From NCBI GenBank assembly GCA_964016885.1, contig OZ024743.1, positions 157,418,001 to 157,482,000 on the forward strand: DNA of 64,000 nt, in the 5' to 3' direction. The stretch is from Eledone cirrhosa (taxonomy: Eukaryota). Positions 38,459 through 52,349 of the stretch are shown here, piece after piece. Position numbers and translations under genes: made by a program. Numbering within the stretch: the first letter of the stretch is position 1; each line of letters begins with the position of its first letter. The notes under the pieces were generated by a model that saw only the letters and a program-made list of their open reading frames with translations, was not told the origin of the DNA and did no database searches.

Positions 38459-40447
38459 ATGGCTACTTCACCTCTGCACGAAGCAGCTGAAAACCTTCCT
38501 CACAAAATAACACCTCACACCGACACCACCATTGTAAATGTTACTACGTTTGCCAACACAAAAAAAAATATAAGCAGTAGCAATATTTTAAATTTGTCTC
38601 AGGCAGACATTCATTTCCCGCCATTACCAATGACTGCAGGTGTTAAAGCCTCCACCACCACCACCACCGCGACAACCACCACCACCACCACCACCGCGAC
38701 AACAGAAACAAAAGAAGAAAAAAATAAATTAACTCGTGATGTCGAAATGAAATCAAGCAAAATGGACTCTTCCCCAACAAAGACGACTGACGTCACCACC
38801 ACCACAACTGAAAATAAAATTAATATTAACGATAGCAACAACAACAATGACATTATAAAACCGACCCTCAGTTTCGCCATCGTAGCAAAACAATTCGAAG
38901 CGTTCACGGTAACTCAAGAAGATTTAGAAAATGCCAAACAAATGGTAAAGAAAGATGGGTACAGGGTCAGCCTCACCCCCCCCCCCCCCCCACACCTAAT
39001 AAAATGGAGCATCGGCGCCTGTGCACCGTGTCGTATAGAACAATAAATGTAAAATTGCGCCGAGTGGAACGGGCATCCGAGTCCCAAATCCAAAAAGCTT
39101 TGGGACATGTGTGGGCAAGAAAAACCCACATCAGACGTGGGCAAAAGTATGGAACCGTGGATGTGTTCTTTGAAACACCAGAGGAGGCTAGAGAACACTC
39201 CATGGCCCCATTAAAAAGTGACGACCTCACACTCGTCCCAAGCTATTGTGGCCAGAGACTCGTAAAGATCAGGGTGACCCACGTTCCACCGGCCATCGAA
39301 ATTCCCTGGCTAATAGCGGCTGTCCTCGCCGGCATCGAAACCAACACGAAAATAATAGCAGTAGCAAAAGAAAAGCAGGAAAACTGGTCCGGATCTGGGA
39401 TGGAGCTCCTGATCCAAGCGGACCAAAAAAGCATTGAGGAGATCCCAGAGGTAATAGACCTCACTGACGGCAGCCACCTCACGGTAATTGTCGAGGGCAG
39501 AAGACCTAGGTGTGTCGTTTGTGGTGAAGGAACCCACCTAAGGGCTTTCTGCCCTCAGGCTAAAAGGTTGAGGCCACCTCTCCACCCCAGTGACACAACC
39601 ATCAACACCACCAGTAGCAGAGATGGCAGCAACAACTGTAGCAGCAACAACAGAAGCAACTATAACAGCAACAACCCCAGCAACATTAGCAAAACCAACA
39701 CCACTACCACCACCAGCAAAACCAACACCACCACCACCCAACGCTTCAGAACTAGCACCAGCGCCTACACCATCCACCACACCACAACCAAAACTAACGG
39801 CTGTGGAGGATTTTCCACTCCCCGACCTATCACAACTGGAGACAGATTGTGACGACGAGGAGTGGGAAACGATATCCGGAAAAAAAAAAAGAAACCAAAA
39901 AAGAAAAAATTCTCTTCCTTCCCCCTCCAAAAACAAAATACAGAGGGAAACAAATAAACTAAGAAACAAAAAAGTTAGGACAGATATGCCACCATCCACA
40001 CCAGCATCACCAACCCCATCAACCCAAACACCAACACCATCACCATCATTAACTCCAACACCACCATCACCTACACCACAAAAGTCACCAAAATGCGAAA
40101 CAGAAACAAACCCACAACAAACGCAAACAAAACAAAACAACCAAAACGATACACACTACACAGCATTAAATTTGAACAACAAGCAATTATTACACTACAT
40201 CCAACACAACACCAGCATCACAGAAAAAGACTACACAACAACCCCAAAATTCACACCACCTCCACACATACAAATCACTCGCATCACACAGAAAACGTAC
40301 ATGACACTAAAACAAAAATTCCCCAAAGACATCGGAGACTTCCGACAAGCACTCTCCAGGAGGATTTATAAGGACATCCTTCCTGAGGAGGCCACAAGCA
40401 GTGAAAAGGATGGAAAAGCCGTCCTTCCCCTACGAGAAGTAAGGTAA
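38459..40447 (+). pseudogene. Tx1 ORF1 (gag-like): Thr-rich N-terminus, possible RRM-like region, CCHC zinc knuckle, Pro/Thr-rich C-terminus; two frameshifts
   Basis: ORFs 38459-39046, 39004-39852 and 39590-40447; CVVCGEGTHLRAFC fits CX2CX4HX4C. Confidence 0.85.
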
Positions 40448-40481
40448 GTGGTCTTTCCCATCTTTTCCACTCCTTTTCAAC

Positions 40482-43400
40482 ATGACCTCACTCAGAATAG
40501 GCAGCATCAATGCGCGTGGCTTGGGGTCGTCATGGAAGCAGGGCCACCTGCTCAACGACCTCAGGTCACTAAACATAGATGTAGTGGCCATCAGCGAGAC
40601 CAGAATCTCCGAAGCACAGGCTTTCGCACCGATCTTCGGCGGCTACGATGTGTACGCATCTCCCAGCCGTCCGGGATCGGGGGGAGAAGTTGCTGTGCTT
40701 TTTCGGAGAGGTTTGGATCTTGCCATACGGGCCATCTTCCTGGACCCAGAAGGTAAGTTGGTGGTGCTGGACGTGACCAGCGGAGACGGGCAAGCTTTCA
40801 GGTTAGTGGCCGTCTATGCCCCGACAGGAGCAGGGCGGCCTGATTTCTTCCGGCGTCTGGAGACCTTTCTTGGAACGTCCCGCTCTTTAGTGTTAGTGGG
40901 CGACTGGAACGGGATATTAGATGCACGCTGGGATTGTGTGGGATTAGTGATAGGGAAGGAGGGTGCAAGAGTCTCACCAACCTGCTCAGATGTTTTGAAC
41001 TGTCTCACAGGTACCGAATGGATTTCCCGAATGTACCAATGTGGACTTGGACAAATCGCATAGGGTCATCCAGATCATATCTAGATAGAGTATTTTGTAG
41101 GGTAATAGATAGGTCTAGCATAGGCTGTCCACAATTCAAGATAGTCAGCTACACGGACCACAAATTCGTGATCTGTGTGCTTGACTTAGATAGGCTTCAT
41201 AGACGAGGACCCGGCTACTGGAAGCTAAACGCGTCCTTACCAGCGCGCAAGGCCTACAGAGACCGGATTAGCAAACTAGTTAAGCGGGCGTTGACGGGGG
41301 CCATCGTCAACAACAAGTGGTGGTTTGCTCTGAAAAGAGCAATTAGAATAGAGTCCATTAGGTTTAGTAAGACTTTAGCAATAGAGAAAAATAGAGCAGA
41401 GGGAGAATTAGTTAGAAAATTAGATGAGGCGCTTAGCAAAGTCATCGCGACCGACGTACTTGCGGCGAAATTGGCCCTTGACCAATTCTTCAATGCAAAG
41501 CACGAAGGCTGCGATGTCAGAGCTAGGGTGCGTGCTCTCAGACACGAGGGGACGAAAGCCGTTCAATGGGCCCGAGTGGCGGAGGCGCGTCGTGGCAACA
41601 AAGCCACGATCCGGTCTTTGGTGGACCACGACGGGCGCATGCTACTCGATCCCGGGCAAATGTGTGAAGCTTTTCAGCGACACTTCGTTCAACTGTTCGG
41701 GGGCAGTGGAGGGCCGGATCGAGGGATGGACTTTAGTGTCTACCTCGACGGACTGCCGCGGCTTTCGGCCACTGAGGCGGAGTGTTGCGAAAAGCCGATA
41801 ACAACCGCTGAAGTACGGGATGCAATGACTAGTTGCACAAGGGGTAAATCGCCTGGTTTGGATGGTCTGCCCTATGAACTTTACGTACAAATGCCAAACT
41901 TGTTCGGAGGCCTCTTGGCGGACGTCTACTGCAACTGGCAACAGAACGGGAGAATTCCCCGCTCTGTGAGCCGAGGAGCGGTGGCGCTGCTGAGAAAAGA
42001 CCCGAACAAGGGGGATAACATAGATAATTTTAGGCCCATAACTCTGCTAAACACAGAGTTCAAGATTTTGGCCAAGGTGCTAGCAAAGATGTTGGCGCTT
42101 GTCGTTGGTGGTCTGGTGGGAGAGGCACAGACATGCGCCATTCCCGACAGATCCATCCACGACAACCTCCACCTCATGCGATACATCGTAGAGAGGGTAG
42201 CTAGGGAACCTGGCATGGGTGGGTCTTTGATCAATTTAGATCAGTCGAAAGCCTTCGATAGGGTCGACCATCGTTACCTAACGGCAGTCCTGAGGGCGGC
42301 TGGCTTTGGGCCCGTCTTCAGAGGCTGGAGCGCTGCCATGCACAGCGACATCTGCTCTGTAGTGAGAGTGAACGGTCACCTTTCGGAACCGTTCAACATC
42401 ATGCGCTCGGTCCGCCAAGGATGTCCCCTCTCGTCCCTATTGTACGTATTGACTCTCGAGCCATTACTGCACAGACTGGAGACGTTGAGGGGGGTCCCGC
42501 GCGAACTAGGATGCGGAAGATCCGTGTCAGCATATGCCGACGATGTCACCGTAGTGGTGTCGAACGCCAAACACATCGAGGCGATCGGCACTACACTAAG
42601 AGAATACGAAGCGGTGACAGGAGCAATGATCAACCAGGAAAAGTCAGTGGGCCTACAGCTCGGCACCTGGAGAGGCAGGTCCATGCCGTCCAACAGCGTC
42701 GTCGGGCGCTGGACGGACGGACCGGTTAAATTGCTAGGGGTCTGGTTCGGTCCAGACCTCCAGACGGACAAAAACTGGGACGAGGTGACGAGCTGGGTGG
42801 CTTCTCTCACCCAGAAATGGGCCGAGAGGAAGCTATCCCTGAAAGGTCGAGCGGAGGTGGCGAATGCGTACATCGCATCCGTCATCTACTACCCCCTGAC
42901 CATCGTACCTTGTCCTAAGCCCCGCCTGACTGCGCTGGAGCGTTTGCTCTTTCGCTTCTTGTGGAAGGGACGCGCTCCGATGGTCAGGCGGTCCATCTGC
43001 TGTCAACACCCGCTACCTGGAGGGCTGGGCATGCCGTGGCTGATGATGCGCAGACACGCGCTCAGGCTACGACATCTCCACCTCTTCCTCGACGGTGATC
43101 AGGTGTGGTCGCCGTTTGCGAGACACGTTTTTCCCCAGCTCGTCTCCTTGACGGAGCTGCAGTCCTGGGTCAAGCGAAGACCGAGAGGGAGCGCTTGGAG
43201 ACTGGAATGTCTTCAGGCGCTCACAGCCCTCGACCAATCGGGCAATGTGATCGGTGGAAACTCCACCTTGGCGTTCTATAGGGGATTAGTGGAGGGGAAG
43301 AGCGACGACGTACTTGGAGAAACTCTAGGCGTCGACGAAAATCAACTAGCCAATCTCTTCGGAAGGACTTTCGGGCCGGGGCCTATGGACAACTTCCAGA

Positions 43401-43900
43401 AATCCCTGGCCTGGCAGTGCTACCGAGGAGCTTTGCCAGTTCGGGATAAAATCTACAGGCATGGAGGTGCCGTCAGCCGGGCATGTCCGAGATGCGCGCA
43501 GGGCGACGAAACCGTCCTGCACGCACTCGTCCAGTGTCCGAGCATTGCTGACTTGTGGGTTTATGTCGAACACCTGCTGTCACGTGTAGGACGGATCCAG
43601 CTATCAGCTGAGTCCATCGTGAGGATTGCCCCGCCCCCTTCCTTTAGCCTGGAAGGGCAGGCAGTTTTTATCTGTCTGGTGGCCATGGCGAAAGAGATAG
43701 TATGGTGGACACGTTTGAAAGGGCTGAAGACGAGCACTTACCTCTTCGGTGATGCCCTGATTAACTTTTTCAAATTTCATTTCAAAAGGAAAATCAGGGT
43801 AGAGAGGGAAGTGCTCTCTTCCCAGCATTTTGTTGAAAGATGGGTGAGAGAAGCAAGTATGGCCCGAATGAATGGGCCTTCTCTGAGTATGTGTCTGTAA
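40482..43900 (+). pseudogene. Tx1 ORF2 (APE endonuclease, RT, Cys/His C-terminal motif) with one apparent frameshift at about 40945
   Basis: SINARG, ISET, VYAP, GDWN, SYLDR, TDH, YWKLN, KSPGLDG, QGCPLS, YADD, GGLG, CPRC..ETVLHALVQC. Confidence 0.93.
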
Positions 43901-44142
43901 ATTAAAAGTGGAAAACTGGGAGAGGGCACTTGCCCTGGTGGTCAGGGTCACTGTGGTCTTTTAATGGGCTTTCCCCACAAATGTCCCTTGGAAGTCTCCC
44001 CCCTATTGGGGAATTTTTCTTTGTTATTTTATTTCAACCTCTGTTTTTTTACACGCAGAAATGCCCATTTGTACCGTCCTGTATTGTCCTGTACTGTCCT
44101 TAATGTCTACTTTATGTGAACCCTTGTGGTTAATAAAGAAAA

Positions 44143-44173
<31 letters not shown>

Positions 44174-44183
44174 GTTATTGTTA

Positions 44184-45291
44184 TTCCTTGAATCTCAGTC
44201 ATTGATGTTGGTTAACTGGAAAGTCCGTTGGATTGAATATCAAGCCACTACCTGCAGCCTCAGATATTCAGGACGTATCGGAGGGTTCTTGCTGTTCCAA
44301 GCAAGCATGCCTTTTGAAGCGTTCCAAAAAGCGTGAAGGGGCCGATTTTCTTTAACCATCCCTGGAAACCTTTGGAGATAGTCCCCAGTGCGCCTATGAC
44401 AATCGGGATCACTTTGACTTCATGGCAGTTCCAAATCCTTTTCACCTCCCACTTTAGGTCCTGGTATCGGTTAATTTTCTCCCTCTCCTTCTCTTGCACT
44501 CTCGTGTCGAACGGGCAGGCCACATCCACAATCAGGCACGATCTTTTTTCCTTGTCCACAACCACCAGGTCAGGTCTATTGTGTTCCAGTTTTTTGTCCG
44601 TCTGTATCCTAAAATCCCACAGCACCTTCACCTGACTGTTCTCCATCACCGCCTCTGGCCTATGCTCATACCATTTCTCTGAATGTGGTAGATTGTTTAC
44701 TTTGCACAGGTGCCAGTGGATCACCCTGCCCATCACATCGTGTCTCCAGCCCTTATAGTGGGTCTGGGCTAGGTGTTTACACTCGGACACAATGTGAGCC
44801 ACAGTCTCCTCTCTCTCTCCACAGATCCTGCACAGTGGGCTAGCCTCCTCCTTGTAGATATGGTGCTTCAACCACTTCGTTTTGAGGGCCTGCTCCTGCG
44901 CAGCCATTAGCATTCCTTCTGTAGCCTTTTTGAGGTCTCCTCTTCTCAACCAGTTCCATGTCTGTGGATCTCTAAATTCAGTTTTCTCAAAGAAGGTACT
45001 ATGAAGGGATTTTCCCTTAAGGCTGCTCTTCCTCCTTGATGTTATTTCCTCCTTGGACATCCCCTGGCCTACTGTCCCCTCCTTCAGTACAGTTCTGAGC
45101 ATTGGCTCCTTACTATAGGTCACGTATTTGTATAGGTTGTTTTTCTCCATCTGAACACAGTCCTCTATGCTGATAAGACCTCTTCCACCCTCAGATCTCC
45201 TTAGGTAGAGTCTATCGACATCACTCCTCTTGTGGAACATGTTGTAGATAGTCAATAGCTTCCTAGTCTTCCTATCCATTTCTTTTTGTTC
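44184..45291 (-). mobile_element. R4/Dong family A, 5'-truncated copy nearly identical to 33556-34663
   Basis: ORF 44260-45330 has the same CCHC/RLE C-terminus and the same TTG-interrupted tail. Confidence 0.92.
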
Positions 45292-45508
45292 CACAGGTAT
45301 ATGATCTGTCTTACTGAGTCTAAATTTCATCTATGCCATATATGCACAACTTATTGGAAGCCTGTCTCCAACAATTTACTATATTAAGTTGTGATTCAAG
45401 TATTGCCGTCAGCATTTACAATACTCTCATCATCATCATTGTTTAACGTCCATCTTCCTCGCTTGCATGGGTTTGGACGGGAGTTTTCCCACTGCTCGTA
45501 TAGGACTC

Positions 45509-45546
<38 letters not shown>

Positions 45547-45547
<1 letters not shown>

Positions 45548-45757
45548 GGGTGGTGGATTGGCACTATTGGTAGAGCGTCGGACGACATCTTTTGTAGCAT
45601 AGATTCACTGACCTTAACGTGCTGATTTCAATTCCCGCCGATGTTAGCTTTGTCTTTAATCGTTACGGGATCAATAAAATACACCAGTAATGCACTGAGG
45701 TCTGTTTAATCCACTTTCGACTCCCCTAAAATTGCTGGTCTTCTGCCTATATTAAAA
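45547..45757 (+). mobile_element. SINE family 1 variant, degenerate, flanked by TTA repeats
   Basis: gggtggtggattggcactattggtagagcgtcggac head and matching core; (ATT)n upstream at 45510-45546 and downstream. Confidence 0.8.
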
Positions 45758-45782
45758 ATTATTGTTATTATTATTGTTACTT

Positions 45783-47200
45783 GGTCTGTCAAGGCGCATG
45801 TCAATATCGCCCCGTACGTTTTGCTAATTTTCAAGTGTCTACATTGCATTCTGCGATATTTGGGTTACAAATAGTTAATATGGGGCCACACCTTACCCTG
45901 TGTTAAGGCAATCCATTAATATTTTGGCCTTTGAGCCCAAACAATTGAACTTTATTAAAAAAATTATCGTAAAAGTAAACATGGACGAACCACGCTGCCC
46001 TAGGTTATGTCTGCTGTCGTGTGGCGGTGGCTTAACGTTAAGGAGGAAAACGCAGCCCCTTCCACAACAATGTTGAACTATAACCCCACCCTAGGCAGTA
46101 TTACCAACACCAGAACCAACAAAAACTACAACAGTGAGAACACTAACTGAAGAAAAATGACAACACCAACAACAGCAGCAACAGTGACAACCAAAACACA
46201 GACGACAGAAACAACGGCAACAAGGAAACAAGGCAAGAGAGCAACGACAGCAATACAAACTTCACCGAGAACAACAACAGCAGCACTAAGAATAACACAA
46301 ACAGCAACAGCAACTACAGCAACACCACCACCACCAATAACACCCCCAAAAACAACAACATTTACAACAACAAAAACAAAAACAACGACAACAATAACAT
46401 CACCAACAACAAGAATACATTCGCTGCCGCGTCAGCCCAAAAGAGGCCATACTTCAGCATGGGCTGCTAGAAAAACAAAAAGTTGACTCAGATCTGGAAG
46501 CTCGTCAAACAAGAGTAAACTTGGTCCAACTTAACTGTTCCAGGGGAACCTTAGAAGCAATGGAGAGAAGAACGCTGCATTTCAGATGCATTTCAGCCCA
46601 GACGAAAAAATCTGTAATAGTTACCCAAGTCAAAATTGAAGTTGCGCTGAAACGCATCATGGATGACACCGAGTACATAGCGATGAGCAGACAATACGGC
46701 ACCATTTCGCTGCTATTTAAGTCGGAAGCTCTCGCTATAAAACACACGATGACAAACTTTCGACAGGGTCGACCATCGATCCCTGGGAGGCTATTCTCAA
46801 GGCAGCTGGCTTCGTTCCCGTCTTCAGAGGCTGGATCACTGCAATGCACAGTTTTATCTGCTTGGTAGTCAAATTACATGGCCGCCTTTCAGAACCTCTC
46901 TCGAGTTCTATAGAGGATCAGTGGTGGGCAAGTGCGACGCCGCACCCCGAGAGGCTCTGGGCGTCGAAAAAGTCAAAATGACCAGTCTGTTCTGGATAAA
47001 TTTCGAGCCGGAGTCGATGAACAACTTCCAGAAATCCATCGCTTGGAAGTGCTGCCATAAGGTACTGCCGGTTTGAAATAAACTCTACAGGCACAACAGT
47101 GCTGTTAGAGGGACCTGTCCGAGATGCGCGAAGAAACCGTTCTGCCCGCATTTGTCTGTACATGATTGAATTGTGGTGTTATGCCGAACAGATGTTATAT
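45783..47200 (+). mobile_element. Second, divergent Tx1-type element with large internal deletions
   Basis: 5' UTR, Thr-rich ORF1 start and QYGTI segment homologous to KYGTV; then jumps to an RT piece (FDRVDHR..AGF.PVFRGWI) at about 46757 and to the C-terminal piece (NNFQKS.AW.C..LPV) at about 46905. Confidence 0.75.
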
Positions 47201-48759
47201 AATCCACCGACTTGCACCATTTATATAGGTCATTGAGCGCTTCTTTTCATCTGCTTCGCAACCGACAGACCATATTGTGGTCCGCACATCCCTGTTCGGT
47301 TAACCCCATATATATATGTATATATATACATATATATATGTATACTTACGGTAAATATTTATGCAATTTAAATCAAGCACTCAACGTCATGTTACTTCTT
47401 CCAAATAAGAATAATGGAGTATAATTTGAATGAAGAAAATACGAAGTTGTAGTTGGGAAAGAGTCCTATATTTTTAAAGCTGAGATACCTATTTCAATGA
47501 TGATCGTGGCCATTTGATTTTACGTAACTATTCAACATTAAGTAAAAAAAGGTTAAGTTTCCAAGGCCATCCAGACCAAGATGCAAGAGAACAGACAAAA
47601 CAATTATGCTTTTGTGTGTATATCTGGGTGCTAGTGAGTTATGCTGCTGATGAAGTGTTTCCATCAAATGGAGGATTTTAGAAAGATCTACCATCTACGT
47701 GAATGGGTGAAACTTTGTCGCCATTGTAATTCTGAAAAACAGTATATACTCTCACAATTAGCTTCAGATAAGCACTGCCCCAACACGTGACTTGACTGCT
47801 TTGGTATTTGTCCCCACGAGAAGTATGTTTTGAGTAAAAGGCTTAGGCCTGACTAACAGTTCTAGAAGTATACTTTGATTTACTATTTCGTATATCAGGG
47901 AAATTGGATTCTTTTAGTCAGTTAGAAATAGATATTGTTCTTCTATTTCTATTCAAGCTTGAGTGTAGTCACTCAAGAATTACCTCCCTTGAACTTACCT
48001 TCTAATTATATATAAAAAAGACTTTTTCGAAATCATTTCTAAATCACCTGCCCTTGTTTAAACTCGTATAATGTATCCCTAAAAGGAAAGCACAATCAAC
48101 CCTAGACGACGATCTTTATTTTTATTTTTATCATGACAGGCTGAATGAGTTGAGGCCCAGAACCCAACGAAACTTGAGTACCTGCTTATGTCACTGTTGT
48201 AATTATTTATATATATATATATATATATATTTAAAGGATAACATGATCCGTTAAGGTATATTATCCTTGGTTATGTCAAATATTTATAAAACATTTTGTA
48301 TTTTATCTGATGGTAGCGTACCAAAATGTTGGTACCCTTGAAATATATATAATAGAATAAATATAGTTTCCATTTATTTAATATCATTAAATATTTACTC
48401 CAGAGATACTGTCGAATGCTCTAAATCAGTTATAAACATTTATATTTGTTGTATTTCCAACAAATTAAATATCCCTTCTACCTATATATATATATGCACA
48501 CACATATATATTAGAGCAAACATCACGGGCGCTCTATCTCAAAATTATTTTTGAAAAGTATTAGAAATGGGCAACCGGTAAAAACTTAAAACTAAAACTG
48601 AATACTAACCAATACTTATTACTAATTTTTACTTATTCCTAATTAAACTATTTTTCACTGGGAACAATTTGTCGGCATTTTCTTTTCCTTTTACCAATAT
48701 ATCACAACTCGTGTGTTTCACCTCTATTCTTTTAAATATATATATATATAAATTTCTTT

Positions 48760-49760
48760 AAGTCGTTTGGAAGCCTCGACAATGCAAATGGGTAAATCTC
48801 CGGGTAACAAGATCCGGTGATGGAGAGAGAGATGTAAGTGGGTGTACGTTGAGATGGGTGGCGTGTATAAGACGTGTAAGTCCGCCCTCCCTAACAGTGC
48901 CAGAACGAGATCGCGCGAATCAAAAACAGATGCAGCGATCCCGCGAGTGGTGTCACTCATACCAAGCGATTTCTCGAGGTGCTGGAGACGAACGGGTACC
49001 CTACCTCGCTCACAGACAGAGTAGGAGACACCAGACACAAGATACAGAGAGGCACCCAAGGCAAGTGCTTCCTTAAAATGCCACACCTGGGCGAGAATAC
49101 CACCAACGCTATCCGCAAGGTTATACGGAGGGAGGGCCTCGACATCCACCTGGCATACTTGGGCCCCTCCCTGCGAAGATGCCTCTCCAGGAAAACCGGG
49201 AAATCAACTGACGCATGCTCCCTCAGAGACTGCCCGATGCGCCATGCGAACTGTTGCCTACGCAGATACGTCGTGTATAAGATAGAATGTAACAAGTGCA
49301 ACCAATACTCTATAGGTAGGACAATCCGACCTTTGCACATCCGGATCAAGGAACACACTAAAACCAGGGCCTCGTCTTTCCGGAAACACATAGACAAATG
49401 CGCAAAGAAAAACGGAAGGCCCATTGTCACAATTCTAGCGACTGAAAGAAACGTCGGCACGTTACGTATCAAGGAAGCACTTTGGATCAAACGCCTAGAG
49501 CCACAAATAGACAATCGATCCGAGAGAAGCGAAATGAGGTGGTTGGTTTAAGTTAACAAACGATGCAGCAACACACGCGCGCACACACACAAGCGAGACG
49601 GCAACACACGCACACACACACACACAGTAGCATTCCACCATACGAACATACTACACTGCCAATACAGAGGAACAAGGCAACAACACACGCACACACACAC
49701 ACAGTAACATTCAACAAACAGGCAGAACTAAACCATAAACCGCCTACTCCTTGAATAAGT
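48760..49760 (+). mobile_element. Penelope-like element 3' fragment (Penelope/Poseidon-type GIY-YIG)
   Basis: LETNGYP thumb motif; YVVYKIECNKCNQYSIGRTIRPLHIRIKEH; IKEALWIK..P.I. Confidence 0.82.
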
Positions 49761-51167
49761 ATGTGTACATGTAAATTTGATTAAAAATCAACTAAACAAT
49801 TTCCTAGCTCATCGAATTCTTTTGTTCTCATCTCTGAAGCATTGGGTCTTTTTACCTAACGTTAAGATGTTATGTGCAATTAGGAAAATCCAGAAAATCA
49901 AGATAGAGAGCCTTAGCTAGTTGACTGGCTTTTGTGAAAGACACATTCGAAAATTAACGATGATCTAAACAGCAAAGATATTAGATTTAATGAAATTGTT
50001 AACTATGTCGAGGATATGGACATAGGCTAATGCTGGATCCATATCTCTTTCATTAAGGACTGTAAACGGAAGAGTGGTACAAGGTGAACCTCTAACCGTT
50101 CACTTGGTCACTGACGTAATAGTAGAGGAGTGGAAAAAGCGATTAAGAGAATGAAATAAAGAGTGATGGAGACTTTTGAAGTGGATGTTTAAATTCCTTC
50201 CATACTTGGCCAGGAAGTCAGGTGCTGAACGTTCCATCACTAACCATCACCTCGCTTTGTAGAACAATGGCTACAGTATTTAATGTATCCACTTTGTTGA
50301 AGACTACCAGAGAAAGACATGGAGTTTTTTCTATTTTGTAAAGCCAACGAACTTATTACTAAGCAGATGACTTTTAGTCTACATTGACACGGTGAATGTT
50401 TCCTCTCGCACAAGAATAAGCTCACATCGCAAAGGTGAAATCGATTTTGCATTTCGCCCCAGTCAGTAGAATTATGACAAAAGTGAACTCTCTAAATTGG
50501 GCTTCGTTATTTGATTGTAGTGGAACGTAGCGGATTGAGGATGGATAAATATTGAAAGTCTATTGGTATTCAAAGAACGTGATGCTAAACATGCGAAATT
50601 ATCGGTTTTGTTCTGCATCTGGTATATTTTCTACAACTGATACGCTTGATTCGTTTAGAAGGCTACTAAGGTTGACTGAATGCACATCGAATCGGTTAGT
50701 TCTATACGTCAAATCAATCGAAATTGCATTCATTTACACAACAAATGTTATTTTCGTTGGGGAGAGTGGGGAACATTTCTTAAAGTTTCTTTCATATTAC
50801 TATTTTCGTGGAACGATGAATTAGTTCTTAATGTTTTAATTTCCGATTTGAAACCTGATAAATTATTCTGCGCTAGAATTTGCTTCTAGTTTATTTATTC
50901 ACATGTCGTTTCTGACATTCTACAGGCATAAATATGATCAACATGTAATTCAAATTTATTTCATTATCCACACACTCTGTGTATACTCACACACACCACT
51001 ATTGCTTCAAGAACAATTAGTGACATAACCATTAGCTGGTTCATCAAAATTAGCAAATGCTGATTTGGGTTAGCATGGAACTAAGTGTGTATATTTGTGT
51101 TTTTGTTTGTTTTGTTACCTGAAATTTTCAAGATACTATACGATCAGCTATTAATACGTGAGAGACA

Positions 51168-51225
51168 TCTACTACTACTAATGCTGCTGCTGGTACTACT
51201 ACTACTACTACTACTACTACTGCTG

Positions 51226-51270
<45 letters not shown>

Positions 51271-51283
51271 ATGCTACTGCTGG

Positions 51284-51336
<53 letters not shown>

Positions 51337-51348
51337 ATACTACTACTA
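51168..51348. repeat. (CTA)n microsatellite with CTG variants
   Basis: Directly visible. Confidence 0.95.
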
Positions 51349-51619
51349 CGATGTTTTGTTATCCCAATTCAACATATATATATACTCATAATCTGTCACC
51401 AATTTCTCAGGCAATCTTTGTAAATCGAGCCAACAGGGGATTCTCTAAGTTGTCACTCAGCTTGCTAGAATTAGCAGTTAAATCTGCTTCAAATAAGACC
51501 CTCTAGGCTTTTAAAACGTGACTTGTAAGGATGGTCCTATGAACTTATGTCTGCTCGATCAGATCCTGCATGGCATTTTACAATATTTTTAACACAATTT
51601 ACGTTCATTCAGTATTGGT

Positions 51620-51812
51620 AAAGCCTCGGAAAACATGCCATGTGGCGCAGAATTACATCCCTTTATATTCGGAATTCACATCCTGCAGAGATTAGCTTTG
51701 CCGTTAAGCCTTAGGGGTTCAATGAAATAATGTACCAATCACGTACTATGGTCTATGTGATTGACTTTCCCCTCTCTCTAAATTGTTGTCCCTGCGCTTA
51801 AATCAGAAACTA
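51620..51812 (+). mobile_element. Highly degenerate SINE family 1 copy
   Basis: Similarity to the family core and tail (attagctttgcc, aaataatgtacc, aaattgttgtcc..tcagaaac). Confidence 0.5.
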
Positions 51813-52349
51813 ATATGTAATATATGATATGACATACATGGTGTGATGTAACTGGTATATATTTTGATACTTTTCCTACCCTGCGAATAAATTAAAATCA
51901 ATTAAAATTGAAATGTCAGATGCTAATTGTTTATATAATTATACTTTTCGAAACTATTTGGAGATGAATAGGGGTTTTATGATATTAGGATCTACACTAG
52001 GCTTCTATCAATTTTATCACCGACCGTCATTAGGTGTCCGATTCTTATATGTACACATACCGCCAGACTAAATTTAAACGAGAAACTGCTGCCAAAAGAA
52101 TAAAATTCCTAGTTGAACTGTTAGGATTTTACAGCCTGTATCAAGATTCATTAATCTCTCATCTCTCATCGATGACATTCACTAAAACAAAAATAGGGCC
52201 TATAGAGAGTCTGTATGATGAACATTTGCTGGGGATGCTCATTTGCATAGAGCAGAGAGAAAATATCGGCTGGAAATGCTCATTTGCATATGGAGCTAAT
52301 TAATTAGGAGTAAAAGTAAGATCACGTTAGGCATAATAGGTGTGTATAT

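Larger units (their letters stand above)
38248..44143 (+). mobile_element. Tx1 family 1 copy 3, full length and best preserved
   Basis: About 210-nt 5' UTR, ORF1, a 34-nt spacer, ORF2, a 3' UTR with AATAAA and a (TTA)n tail. Confidence 0.95.

Noticed and set aside
51085-51423. Poly-Leu ORF resembling a membrane protein
   Set aside because: Translation of a (CTA)n repeat.
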